A stretch of 36,800 nucleotides of DNA, taken from positions 1 through 36,800 of the IMG/VR virus record IMGVR_UViG_3300047308_000142; one strand, written 5' to 3'. Positions within the stretch are counted from its first letter, which is position 1, and each line of letters starts with the position of its first letter. The notes under the pieces were generated by a model. The model worked only from the letters and a program-made list of their open reading frames with translations. It was not told the origin of the DNA and did no database searches. Position numbers and translations under genes: made by a program. Source of the DNA: a virus (taxonomy: Duplodnaviria; Caudoviricetes). This document shows, in pieces, positions 1-9,312 of the stretch.

Positions 1-127
1 ACCTGATTACCATAGGTAGTCGATCCAACAGAGTGGTTGAAATCAAAACAATATCCAGACGCAACTCTGTTATCAAATACCGTGACGTCTGGGCCGTCTC
101 CAATAATTCTTACACCTGGTCGTTTAA
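1..127. repeat. Terminal direct repeat, copy 1 (circular-assembly overlap)
   Basis: Bases 1-127 match 36674-36800, and an ORF reads in frame across the join. 127 nt is a common assembler k-mer length. Confidence 0.95.
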
Positions 128-1145
128 CGCCGCTGGCGTTGTAGCTAGTGATAGTTGAAGTAATTCGATACGTTCCGGCTGGCGCATGCACTGGGCGACC
201 GTTTGCATAGGTCAAAGCAGCCTGAATCGCCGCCGTAGAGTCAGCCACCCCAGTAGGATCGGCACCAAAATCAAGCACACTTACCGATTCACGCAGCTTG
301 CTCTGCACATCGGTCGCCACCGCCCCAGTCCCGGCTGGCGTATACGCCACCGCCGATGCCGTGATCGATACCGGATTTATCTCGGTGGTGCCAGTCACGA
401 AGAGCAACTCATCGCCAGCAACAGCACCGGCTGTGAGCGTGATAGAGCTGGTCGAGGTTTCTGCGTAGTCCGAGACGACGGTCAACCGCAAGCCATTCAA
501 GTACACCGCAAGCGTGTTAGCGCCTGGCATGTACTGGTTGGTGAGATTGAATACAGTCTGCCCAGCCGTGGCGACGCTGGCCTGGATCGTGTAGCTGATC
601 TGAGATAGCGCCTCGGAGCTTTGTGCATACAGCACGACAATGGTCGTGCCACTTGGCGGGGCGCTGGTGAACGTCAGAATATTGCTACCGTTCGTGAGCG
701 TGTAATCGACCCCAGGGGTCTGAGTGACGCCGCCGATGCTGACGTGCAGACTAGCCTGGCCCGATGGTGTCTTGCTCAGCGTGTAGACGGTTGTCGCGCC
801 GTTGCCAGTAAACACGTCGGCAACAGGCAATTCGAGTTGCTGAGCCGCTGCGCTATCGGTCGAGAGCTTGCTATAGACAAGACGGCGATTCTTGTCGCGG
901 ACCGTTATCGAGTAGTCGGTCGCCGAGAAGTACACCATGGCCGGCGAGCCATTGCGAACCGCATATCCGCCAGAGGTGCGAATCGGTTGAGCCGCTGGCG
1001 TTTCGAATGTCGAATCCCAGTAGACCGTAATCGGATTCGTCTCCGGATTCTGGCCAGCTACGCCGAAATACAGATAGCCATTTTCAAGCGCCGAGCCATC
1101 GACATCGAGATAGATCGGAAAGGGGGAGGTTGCGATAGCGGTCAT
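1..1145 (-). CDS. Tailspike/receptor-binding protein, 5' part (continues at 36673..35449; about 789 aa in total)
   Basis: Missing from the ORF track; translated by hand from ATG at 1145. MTAIATSPFPIYLDVDGSALENGYLYFGVAGQNPETNPITVYWD resembles the P22-type head-binding domain. Two beta-rich repeats follow, then VSVLDFGADPTGVADSTAAIQAAL, the pectate-lyase-like beta-helix start motif. It occupies the P22 gene 9 position. Confidence 0.88.
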   Translation of the reverse strand, partial: MTAIATSPFPIYLDVDGSALENGYLYFGVAGQNPETNPITVYWDSTFETPAAQPIRTSGGYAVRNGSPAMVYFSATDYSITVRDKNRRLVYSKLSTDSAAAQQLELPVADVFTGNGATTVYTLSKTPSGQASLHVSIGGVTQTPGVDYTLTNGSNILTFTSAPPSGTTIVVLYAQSSEALSQISYTIQASVATAGQTVFNLTNQYMPGANTLAVYLNGLRLTVVSDYAETSTSSITLTAGAVAGDELLFVTGTTEINPVSITASAVAYTPAGTGAVATDVQSKLRESVSVLDFGADPTGVADSTAAIQAALTYANGRPVHAPAGTYRITSTITSYNASGVKRPGVRIIGDGPDVTVFDNRVASGYCFDFNHSVGSTTYGNQ

Positions 1146-3236
1146 TTATCTATTCCCTGCAAAACGTGCGACTTCCCGGCTTGAGCTAGGAATGTTTGAT
1201 TGGCGCCGAAGCAATTCTTTCATGGCGGAGATTGCGTTTTTCTCGTTGATGCCACGGGCACGCTCAACAGCAGACCCAATCGTCCTTGCAGCCAACCCAA
1301 CTAGGCCGCCTTGTGTTGCAGCTTGCTGCGCTCCTCTGATTCCAGATGTGATGGCTTGCTCTGTTTGGCCTTTGAGGCTTGTTTGCGCGACTGCACCAAA
1401 CATGCGATCAATCTCGTTACCAAACATCAGTTGATTTAGCACGTCATCATTAAATTTGGCGCCATATTTCGCTGCGGTTTCGTTGGCTAGGTTAATTGCA
1501 TTGAGCATCTTCACGCGGCCCTGGTTGTTGCTTGTCAAAGATCGCGCAGCGGTTCCGATAGCCTTGGATGCATCTGGCATATCTAAATCGATCTTTGTGC
1601 CTACCGCGTCTTGCATAGCATCCAATGCTTGCTTACTGGCCGAGTACCTGGAATTGGCTGCTGCATAATCTGGATTGATGTCTGTAAGAGTCTTATTTAG
1701 ATTTGCTCGCAAGCCTTTGACAATGCGCTCCGACTGCGCCGACAATGGGTTGGCAAGGTTCTTTTTTGCGTAGGATACTTGCGTATCCAAAAACCTTTTG
1801 GCCGTGTGAACCCCGTATGCGTCTGGCGCCTGCACGTTGCTTAGACGGTCAAGCACGTTATTAAAGAGTCGCTGCGAAGCCCGGTCGCCTTGCAATTCAG
1901 ACCCCTTGAGATTGGCACGCGCGACGCCTTTATTGTCAAACTCAACGCGCACACCCATCGATTCGAGGTCTTGAACAAACTGGTTCATTGGGCCAGAAAC
2001 GTCAATTCTAGCGCCTTTAAGTTGCTGCTCTGCAACGCGATTAATCATCTCGCCAGCGTCGCGTCGATTTGAGTCTAAAAACTCGATTCTCTTATCAATG
2101 TTTTTCCCAACGATATCGTTTGGGCGGTTAGTCATAGCAAATTTTTTATTCTCTTTGCCGGCCTCATAAAGATTGATCATCTTTAGCATGTTGCGCCGGT
2201 CATCATCACTCGCGGCCTTAATCGCCGTGACAACACCCGGATCCCATCCTTGCTTTATCAACTCTCCGGCCATATTGTCGCCAACAACTTGGGTTCCGGA
2301 TAGTCGATATCCGACGTTAGCCTCGTTGTACGGATCGTCGATGATAGATTGTTTGATCTTCCTGACTTTATCTGGCGTCAGCTTTTCGCGAGCCGACGCG
2401 ATCAGCGAGCGCGCCGACTCGCCAATCGTTGGCTCTGGCATATTTGCGGCGGGCTCTAGCGTCGCTGGCATCCCAAGCTCTCCAGCCCTGACCGACGGCG
2501 ATCGAATTCCGGCACCTTCAGGTGCTGCCACCCGTGCTGCCGCGCCAAGTCCAGCGCGAACCAATCCTGGGGCGAATGGCGCTACACCGCCTGCAATCCC
2601 TGCCGCAATCTGAGCCCCTGTTCCTCCACCCATCTCCGCCGCTGCCTGAGATGCTCCGCCTCCGATGGCACCTCCTATCACTTGCTTGCCCGCTTGCTCC
2701 GCAAGAGTTGCCCCAAGTTGCCGAGCCGCCGGGGATTTGGCAAGCGCCTGCGCTGCCATGCCCACAGCAGGCACTGCCGCGCCACCAGCCGCCCCTCCTG
2801 CAATGGATTGCAAAATCCGCTCAGCCTCGGTGTCGGCCTGCGGTACACCAATGCGCGTCAGCAGGTCGCCCATAGCGTCCGTCGGAGTCTTGTACCGCGT
2901 GCCTAGCAGCGAGTTAATTCCAGACACCAGCGGATCGCCAACTAGTTGCGCCAAGCCGGCAGCCCCAGCACCAGCAATAGCCCCAGGTATCGCGCCAACC
3001 CCGGCAAACGGCGCGCCGGCTGCCGCGCCAAGTGCGGCGCCCGCAGCAATAGGCGCCACCCCTCGAGTAACAGCCCCGCCAAGCCCTGCGACGGTTGTTT
3101 CTGGTGGCGGCGCTGGCTCGGCCGGTTGCCCGCCAAATTGCTTGGCGATAGCCTCGTAGTCTACTTGCTGAGCTGATGGCTCGCTTACGACAGACCCGCC
3201 AAACTCTTTAGCTATAGCAGCGTAATCAATTGCCAT
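1146..3236 (-). CDS. DNA ejection (pilot) protein, P22 gp16-like position
   Basis: 696 aa with a Gly/Ala-rich hydrophobic N-terminal half and helical C-terminus; last of three large genes before the tailspike, as in P22 genes 7-20-16-9. Confidence 0.65.
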   Translation of the reverse strand: MAIDYAAIAKEFGGSVVSEPSAQQVDYEAIAKQFGGQPAEPAPPPETTVAGLGGAVTRGVAPIAAGAALGAAAGAPFAGVGAIPGAIAGAGAAGLAQLVGDPLVSGINSLLGTRYKTPTDAMGDLLTRIGVPQADTEAERILQSIAGGAAGGAAVPAVGMAAQALAKSPAARQLGATLAEQAGKQVIGGAIGGGASQAAAEMGGGTGAQIAAGIAGGVAPFAPGLVRAGLGAAARVAAPEGAGIRSPSVRAGELGMPATLEPAANMPEPTIGESARSLIASAREKLTPDKVRKIKQSIIDDPYNEANVGYRLSGTQVVGDNMAGELIKQGWDPGVVTAIKAASDDDRRNMLKMINLYEAGKENKKFAMTNRPNDIVGKNIDKRIEFLDSNRRDAGEMINRVAEQQLKGARIDVSGPMNQFVQDLESMGVRVEFDNKGVARANLKGSELQGDRASQRLFNNVLDRLSNVQAPDAYGVHTAKRFLDTQVSYAKKNLANPLSAQSERIVKGLRANLNKTLTDINPDYAAANSRYSASKQALDAMQDAVGTKIDLDMPDASKAIGTAARSLTSNNQGRVKMLNAINLANETAAKYGAKFNDDVLNQLMFGNEIDRMFGAVAQTSLKGQTEQAITSGIRGAQQAATQGGLVGLAARTIGSAVERARGINEKNAISAMKELLRRQSNIPSSSREVARFAGNR

Positions 3237-4699
3237 TAGAGCCCCGCACGTCTTTTGAATTGATCGGCTGCCTGTTGATTAGGAAACGCCAGCGTCTTAC
3301 CGTCAGGTGTCCGTACTGTAACCGAACCTGGCTGTGTTGAAGTCTGGGCTGCCGTTTTATCAGACGGCTTTCTGTTAATCATTTCCTGCCATTCGCCAAC
3401 TGTAGCGCCTGGCCTTGATAAAAACACGACTTGTTCGTTAAGCCGATTCGCAAGCTTTTCCTGTGCGGCTTTTTTATTGACAAGCCATTTCCGCAAGTCC
3501 TTCGGCTGCAAGTTGGTAGGAAGTCCGGTATCTAGGGCGAGGTTCAACTCGCCTTGAGTCAGTGACCCGAAAGTTGTAGCCCCAACAACGTCCAGACCTA
3601 GCCTATTCCTTACGTTTGCCAGCTCAATACTGGCAGTCTTGACGTTTGGCAACTTGCTAGCGATAACGCCAGTTTCAGCGCCTCTATCAATAGCAGAAAT
3701 CGCTTCGTCAATGTTTGAGATGTTACTTTTTGCCTTGTTTAGTGACTCGTAAGAATCTTTTGCGATGTTCTGGGCGATAGTCGCACCTTGCCTACCGCCA
3801 GCTCTAGCAGATTGCTCTCTTGTTCCAAAATTACTGGCTGCACTAATCGCATCTGATCTGGCGTTACCTGAAAGCCTATTGCCTTGATTGTCTAGCACAA
3901 GAGATTGCCCGTCTTTTGTGATGATAATAGACGTTCCATCAGGCAATATTTGGCTAGATTGAACCTGTACGCCACCATCCCGCGCGGCCTGCACCTGAGC
4001 TAACCCGGCGGCGATGTTTGCCTCTTTTTCTCTTAAACTAAGCTTGGCAAGTTGCTCAGCATATCGAGCCTCAACTTCTGCCGATCTTGCTTTCGCCGCC
4101 TCGTATTTCTCTTTGCTTCCGAACAACTTTCGATTGCGAAGCTCTTCGGCATCTTTGCGTATATTTTCGACAATTTTCTCGCCACCAAGCTCGGCAACTT
4201 GTCCGCCTAAAGCTACCAGAACATAATCAGGGTCTTTTTCGTATTCGCTTTGCAATTGGTCAAAGTAAGTCAGCGCGCCAGGGTTGTCGCTATTAGCAGC
4301 CCTTTCTCTATCCAACGCTCTCAGGAATGTTTCTTTGTTTCCGCTTTCGGCTGCATAAAGGATTCGAGTCGATTTAGATCTGGCCGCTGCCTTTTGATCG
4401 TCTGCCATAGATGTGGCGAACGAAAGGAATGCCTCGGCTTGTTTTGGATTGCCAAGGATGGCGGCCCGCCTGTGATCTTCGATAGTTGCATTGGGGCTTA
4501 GTGCTCGCTCAAAAGCATCCTGCCTAATCCTCTCCTGCTCCATCGCCTGCTGTTGCTCAAGCGCTTTCTGCTGCTGAGCCTGTTTATAGGCGAGCGCCTC
4601 CTGCTCGGCAGCGGCAATGCCTGCCCCGAGCTTAAATGCCTGCGCGCCTGCCTCGAGCGGCGTCGGTACGTTTAGACTGTAGTCGAAAGGCTGCGCCAT
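3236..4699 (-). CDS. DNA ejection protein, P22 gp20-like position
   Basis: 487 aa, Q/A/E-rich and helical; synteny; its stop overlaps the next start. Confidence 0.65.
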   Translation of the reverse strand: MAQPFDYSLNVPTPLEAGAQAFKLGAGIAAAEQEALAYKQAQQQKALEQQQAMEQERIRQDAFERALSPNATIEDHRRAAILGNPKQAEAFLSFATSMADDQKAAARSKSTRILYAAESGNKETFLRALDRERAANSDNPGALTYFDQLQSEYEKDPDYVLVALGGQVAELGGEKIVENIRKDAEELRNRKLFGSKEKYEAAKARSAEVEARYAEQLAKLSLREKEANIAAGLAQVQAARDGGVQVQSSQILPDGTSIIITKDGQSLVLDNQGNRLSGNARSDAISAASNFGTREQSARAGGRQGATIAQNIAKDSYESLNKAKSNISNIDEAISAIDRGAETGVIASKLPNVKTASIELANVRNRLGLDVVGATTFGSLTQGELNLALDTGLPTNLQPKDLRKWLVNKKAAQEKLANRLNEQVVFLSRPGATVGEWQEMINRKPSDKTAAQTSTQPGSVTVRTPDGKTLAFPNQQAADQFKRRAGL

Positions 4700-4701
4700 G
4701 T

Positions 4702-6147
4702 TTATGTCCTGAAAAGGTCTCGACCGGCTTGATACTGCTGCAAGGCGGCAGGAATGTTAAGCGCTTGAGCGGCGCTCCTAGCCATGCCAACTGTGCCGAG
4801 GGCCTGTGCTTCACCTTGAGAGGCTAATAATTTACCGATGTTTGTAGCAGCGCCTGCGCCAAATTCGCCTTGCATAGCGGCAGATGACTGCCCAAGTTTG
4901 GCAAGCGCTCCGGTAGTTTCGAGTCCAGTCCCAGCAAACCCGCCGAGCCGCTGATACTGCTGGTCGATCAACTGTTGCAGCATGGCCGGACGAAACTGCG
5001 CCAGCGCTGCCTGCACGTTACCGCCTCGCAAGCCCCCGGTGGCCGATGCGCGTTGCAGGATAGCTTCCTCACCCTGGCGGGCGAGTGCCTGATACTCGGG
5101 CGAGGCCTCGAGATTGCTAATCATTGCGCGCTGAGCTTGAGGACCACGCAAGCCGGAGAGCTCTTGCTGTTGCTGGAATGCCTGTAGCCCTGCTCCCATG
5201 TACGGAGCAAAGTTACCTAAAACACTCTCACCAGCCGCAGCGAATGGCGCCAAAGCTTGCCGAGTGGCATCGAATTGCCGCCGCTGCTCTTCGATGCCAG
5301 CTTGCGCGGCTTGTGCCTGTTGTTGGCTTGCTTGGTTTGCTGCGTAACCCTGTACGCCTGCGTTTAATAATTGCCCTGCGACTTGCTGCACTGCTGGCTT
5401 GCCTAACCAGTCCATTAGACCAGATGACGCCATCTGAGATCCTCCACCTAGCGCCGGTGCTGCAAAGTTACTAGCCCCCACGCCTGCCATTGTTAACGGG
5501 GCGGCCGCTGCTGCCCCAGATCCAACAGTCCCCAGTAATCCAGGGGAAGCCCCTAGAGCGGCCTGCTCTATCCCACCAGCAAATAGTCCGGCGCCAATCT
5601 CAGGGGCTGCTGCAGCTGCTGTTCCTGCTGCGCCTGCTGCCGCTGCTCCAGGGGCAAGTGCGCCAAGCACTAAAGGCGCTGCCGCGGCCAATACTGGCAA
5701 AGTTCCCTCAGGGTTTAGGAATCCTCTTAGCCCAGAGTCTGAGCTAGGCCTATCAGCCAGCTCTATAGTCCCGCTTCTATTAACAAACGGATTCCCGTCT
5801 TGTTGGCCTAGTGCTTGGCGCTTTCCGCTGCTATCAGTTGGTAACTCTTGAAAGCTGACCCATTTCCCAGTTTGTGGGTGAATGAATAAAGCCAGCCCAC
5901 CTCCTCTTCCTTGAAATCCTGAAGACAAAGATTCCGCTAGATGCGTATCGGTGACAGTAACAGGTCTGCCTGATTGAACTGCTGCCGATGTGTCGGGCAT
6001 CGGTAAAGGCATAGTCCTAACCGGACTATAACCGTGTCTGCCGCTTCCGCCGCCGCCAGTAATTACTTCAGTCACTGGCTTGGCTGTTACAGGCTTGCCT
6101 TGTCTATATGCAAGAATCTGACCGACATGTGGACTCCAACCAGGCAT
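4702..6147 (-). CDS. DNA transfer protein, P22 gp7-like, with long N-terminal extension
   Basis: The C-terminal part (QAGIEEQRRQFD...LAPF...GEEAILQRASATGGLRGGNVQAALAQF) matches the gp7 family. Start placed at ATG 6147 because of a TAATG overlap with the upstream stop. Confidence 0.75.
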   Translation of the reverse strand: MPGWSPHVGQILAYRQGKPVTAKPVTEVITGGGGSGRHGYSPVRTMPLPMPDTSAAVQSGRPVTVTDTHLAESLSSGFQGRGGGLALFIHPQTGKWVSFQELPTDSSGKRQALGQQDGNPFVNRSGTIELADRPSSDSGLRGFLNPEGTLPVLAAAAPLVLGALAPGAAAAGAAGTAAAAAPEIGAGLFAGGIEQAALGASPGLLGTVGSGAAAAAPLTMAGVGASNFAAPALGGGSQMASSGLMDWLGKPAVQQVAGQLLNAGVQGYAANQASQQQAQAAQAGIEEQRRQFDATRQALAPFAAAGESVLGNFAPYMGAGLQAFQQQQELSGLRGPQAQRAMISNLEASPEYQALARQGEEAILQRASATGGLRGGNVQAALAQFRPAMLQQLIDQQYQRLGGFAGTGLETTGALAKLGQSSAAMQGEFGAGAATNIGKLLASQGEAQALGTVGMARSAAQALNIPAALQQYQAGRDLFRT

Positions 6148-6554
6148 TATTCTTCCCCTTCTTCGCGCTCTTCCCAAGCTTGGCAAACGCGCAAGTTATG
6201 GCAGATAAAGTCGAATTTCTCGCAGAATCCGCGCCCGCCTGCTCCGGTGTCGTATCTGTTGAGCGGGATCCGCTCCATCTTCGCCTGGAATGTAGTGTCA
6301 TTCTGGAAGTATTCGCAGTTAGCGCAGAAACGCCGCCGCGCTTCTTTCTCGGTCACCTGCCAAGCCTTGGCCATCTTCGACCAGAACGGCTTATTCGCGT
6401 CCGGCTGGATCTCAGGAACGAGCGGACCTAACGACCACTGATCGATGACCATCTTAGTATTCTTGGCATTCTCGGCTGTCGTGACAAACGGCTCTTCAGC
6501 CTCGAAGCCTGCAAACTTGCCGAGCACCAGAGCGGGTAAGCGCGCCTTGTCCAT
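6147..6554 (-). CDS. Cys-rich hypothetical protein with HiPIP-like cysteine pattern
   Basis: 135 aa, translationally coupled at both ends; motif CANCEYF...GFCEKF...CQAW. Confidence 0.7.
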   Translation of the reverse strand: MDKARLPALVLGKFAGFEAEEPFVTTAENAKNTKMVIDQWSLGPLVPEIQPDANKPFWSKMAKAWQVTEKEARRRFCANCEYFQNDTTFQAKMERIPLNRYDTGAGGRGFCEKFDFICHNLRVCQAWEEREEGEE

Positions 6555-6889
6555 TATGTAATCTCTTGGCCGTTGATACGAATAGTCAGTGCCGAAACTG
6601 CGCTAGCAATCGTCGAGACAAACCCGCCATTCTCTAGCACCTGGCCAGACAGCTCAGGGCAAAGATATGTCTCGCCAGGGACGATGGTCTTGACGTTGAT
6701 AACTCGGTTGCTTGCCCCGGCTGAGCCAGCGCTAGGCACTAGGTTCACCGACACCGTTCGGTTCACCGTGTCATTGTTGGTGATGCTTGCCTTAGTAATC
6801 AGCGCCCGGCAATTAACAGCCGTGTATTGCGTGGTTTGAACCGCCTCAAGATACTTGCTATCTAGTAGCGCTTTAGTTGTTACTGCCAT
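6554..6889 (-). CDS. Hypothetical virion-module protein (beta-rich)
   Basis: 111 aa, in the late operon, coupled to the downstream gene. Confidence 0.75.
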   Translation of the reverse strand: MAVTTKALLDSKYLEAVQTTQYTAVNCRALITKASITNNDTVNRTVSVNLVPSAGSAGASNRVINVKTIVPGETYLCPELSGQVLENGGFVSTIASAVSALTIRINGQEIT

Positions 6890-6898
6890 CTTTTACCC

Positions 6899-7735
6899 TC
6901 AATCACACGTCACGACACTTAAAATTGCCGACGGGATCGCCGGAACCGGTGCGGCTGCCGCCTGAGCGACGATTTGTACTGCCGTGTCATCTACGGACCA
7001 CATCAACTCGAAATAGTCGCCTGCTTTGAGCTTTGAGACAAAATTCCAAGCCGCCACTAGCTCTCCATCCGTGCTTTTTAGCCGCACCTGACTCGCCGAA
7101 TTAGCCACATCAACGCCGTTGATCCTGTACCAGATAAACGCCAGATGATTACCCCCGCTGGTGTTATCAAGCTGTGCGGAAAACTGGAAGTTGTACGTAG
7201 CCTCGGTGTCTACATAAATTCTAGACGTAGGTGACCCTATGTATACACCAGATGATAGGTCAGTGCTATTAAAAGTTATTGCGTAGGCAGTGTTAATGGC
7301 CGCAGCAGTCTGCGTGCTCGTGTCGTAAAAATTGCCAAGCCGCCTACGCTTTGGCTGTTGATCGATCAGCGATAGCGCCGCCAAGCCGTCTATCTCATCC
7401 TGTAGGCGTTCAATCTTGGCCGACAGCGTGTCGTCGTATTTCAGGCCGAGCGACTGCACATCGCTATCTATCCTGGCGAGTTCGCTAGATAGTTCATCAA
7501 CCTCACCCTGTAAACTACCAATCTGCGCAGCAGTGTCACGACTAAGCGCGACGATATTGCCTAGCGCTTCCTGAGCCTGCGACTCGCCAATGCCTGCGTC
7601 CGTGTCGATAGCCGGAAGAATGATCGTCGTTGTTGTGTCGACTGTCCTAAATAGCTGCTCGAATTGCTTGATCTGCTCCGGGTCTTTTAGGAACGACGCC
7701 AGCTGATCGCGAGTTAGGCCGAGTTTATTAGCCAT
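6899..7735 (-). CDS. Probable tail needle/plug (gp26-like position): coiled coil plus C-terminal beta knob
   Basis: Directly downstream of the gp10 homolog; heptad-like segment (LQGEVDELSSELARIDSDVQSL) followed by a beta-rich domain. Confidence 0.55.
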   Translation of the reverse strand: MANKLGLTRDQLASFLKDPEQIKQFEQLFRTVDTTTTIILPAIDTDAGIGESQAQEALGNIVALSRDTAAQIGSLQGEVDELSSELARIDSDVQSLGLKYDDTLSAKIERLQDEIDGLAALSLIDQQPKRRRLGNFYDTSTQTAAAINTAYAITFNSTDLSSGVYIGSPTSRIYVDTEATYNFQFSAQLDNTSGGNHLAFIWYRINGVDVANSASQVRLKSTDGELVAAWNFVSKLKAGDYFELMWSVDDTAVQIVAQAAAAPVPAIPSAILSVVTCD

Positions 7736-9138
7736 TAGTAAGCCAGCGCCTCAACTTGAGCCTCGAGCCTAGCAAGCGCCAGGTGCGTCTGCGTATCGCC
7801 TTGGAAGCGCTGCGCCCGGAAGTTGCGCATGTGCCCCTGGCCGAACCACGCCAGCCGCTTAGACCGATCGCCCTGCACGCCCGCCTTGATAAACTTCGGT
7901 TGGCTCCACGTCACGCCGTCCGTCGAGTAAGACGTGCTCAGCGTTGGGTCTGATCCTGATGCAATGCGACCAGTTAACGCCACTAGCTCAAGCTGATGCA
8001 AGATGGCCCCGCGTCCCTCGGCATACAATATCGAGGTGGCAAACTCCCACCGAACCGTCGCGCCCCAGTGCGTGCCCACTGTATTGGTGAGCGTGCCGAA
8101 TGCGTAGGACGTCGGATCGCCTACCCACCAGGCGTTGTAGACCCACACGAAGTTGCGCGCGCGGTATTGCGAGTAACCAGACAGAGCACTTGTGAGCACG
8201 GTCCAGATAGGCTGTTGTAGCGCCTGCGATGCGGTGGCGTCATAAACTAGCGTGCGGTCCGGAAGGTGCACATATAGCAGCCGCTGGGCCTTGTCGTTGC
8301 GAGCCTCCATTTTGGTGATGGATAGCTCGGCCTCGGTGTAGTTCAATAGCAGTCGGTCGACTTCCTGCGAGCTAATTTGCCTAGCCTGGCCATTCGCACC
8401 GATATAAATGGCAGGAGCTTCATTCCGACCACTGCCCAAGAATGCGATGGCATCCTCAAACACACAGCAGGCAAATGTTCCCAAACACCCCTTCGTAATC
8501 TGCGCGCCGTCAATGCGCTGGAATGGGAAGAAGTCGCCGCCGATGTTGTCGAACACCTCGATGGTGTGGCGATTGAGCGCGTAGACCTCGTTACGGGTCT
8601 TGAGCAATGCAACGATAGAATCGGGGTCGACCTCGCTCGAACCGTACTTCAACGGATTAACTGAGAATGGGTCGGTCAATTCTGTGACGACAAGCGATGT
8701 TCCGTCGGTCGTCATGAAGTACCCATCGACCCACACAAAATCAACGACCGTACCTAGGTCAGGGTCCAGCACCTGCTGTAGCGATGTTCCGTTCCAGTAG
8801 TACAGCCGCCCGATGGAATTGATGGCCAGCCGGTCGAAACTGTAGTCGAACGTCACCAACTCATTAGTGCCGCCGACGTTGCCGAGCACAGTCACCACAC
8901 CGTCAGACGAAATGCTGACTAGCGACGCCCCCATGACTCGATAGTGCGTGCCCTTCCACTCGATCCCGCCGCGATCTACTCCTGGCCCAATAGCTACCGA
9001 CGTGATCCCATCAGCCGGGCGCAAGTAGGAATCGCTGATGCCATTCGCACCAGGTACTACCGCCAGATTGAGAGGATAAGAAACCCGGAAATCCGGGCTT
9101 CCGTCGGTGTAAACGCCACTGAGCAGAGGGATTTGCAT
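7735..9138 (-). CDS. Tail hub / packaged DNA stabilization protein, P22 gp10-like
   Basis: 467 aa; MQIPLLSG start, DRGGIEW, DGYF, SSEVDPD and TIEVF motifs typical of gp10; synteny. Confidence 0.88.
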   Translation of the reverse strand: MQIPLLSGVYTDGSPDFRVSYPLNLAVVPGANGISDSYLRPADGITSVAIGPGVDRGGIEWKGTHYRVMGASLVSISSDGVVTVLGNVGGTNELVTFDYSFDRLAINSIGRLYYWNGTSLQQVLDPDLGTVVDFVWVDGYFMTTDGTSLVVTELTDPFSVNPLKYGSSEVDPDSIVALLKTRNEVYALNRHTIEVFDNIGGDFFPFQRIDGAQITKGCLGTFACCVFEDAIAFLGSGRNEAPAIYIGANGQARQISSQEVDRLLLNYTEAELSITKMEARNDKAQRLLYVHLPDRTLVYDATASQALQQPIWTVLTSALSGYSQYRARNFVWVYNAWWVGDPTSYAFGTLTNTVGTHWGATVRWEFATSILYAEGRGAILHQLELVALTGRIASGSDPTLSTSYSTDGVTWSQPKFIKAGVQGDRSKRLAWFGQGHMRNFRAQRFQGDTQTHLALARLEAQVEALAY

Positions 9139-9311
9139 TACTGCTGCGCCTCGTAGTCAGACTGATAAGCATCGGCATAGGCCTGCAACTGATCCGCAAG
9201 CCCCTGCCCGATCTGCTCGCTAATCAGCAATTGGCGAAACGATAGACCGTCAAACTCCACGTCTACTGTGTAGTAGACGGGAGCCTCATCGACGATGACA
9301 TACGTTGCCAT
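9138..9311 (-). CDS. Small hypothetical protein (57 aa)
   Basis: ATG at 9311 sits just after the upstream stop, and its stop overlaps the gp10 start. Confidence 0.65.
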   Translation of the reverse strand: MATYVIVDEAPVYYTVDVEFDGLSFRQLLISEQIGQGLADQLQAYADAYQSDYEAQQ

Positions 9312-9312
9312 A

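Noticed and set aside
186-1184. Plus-strand ORFs of 140 and 187 aa
   Set aside because: Shadows of the minus-strand tailspike gene, which the track missed because it runs off the window edge.
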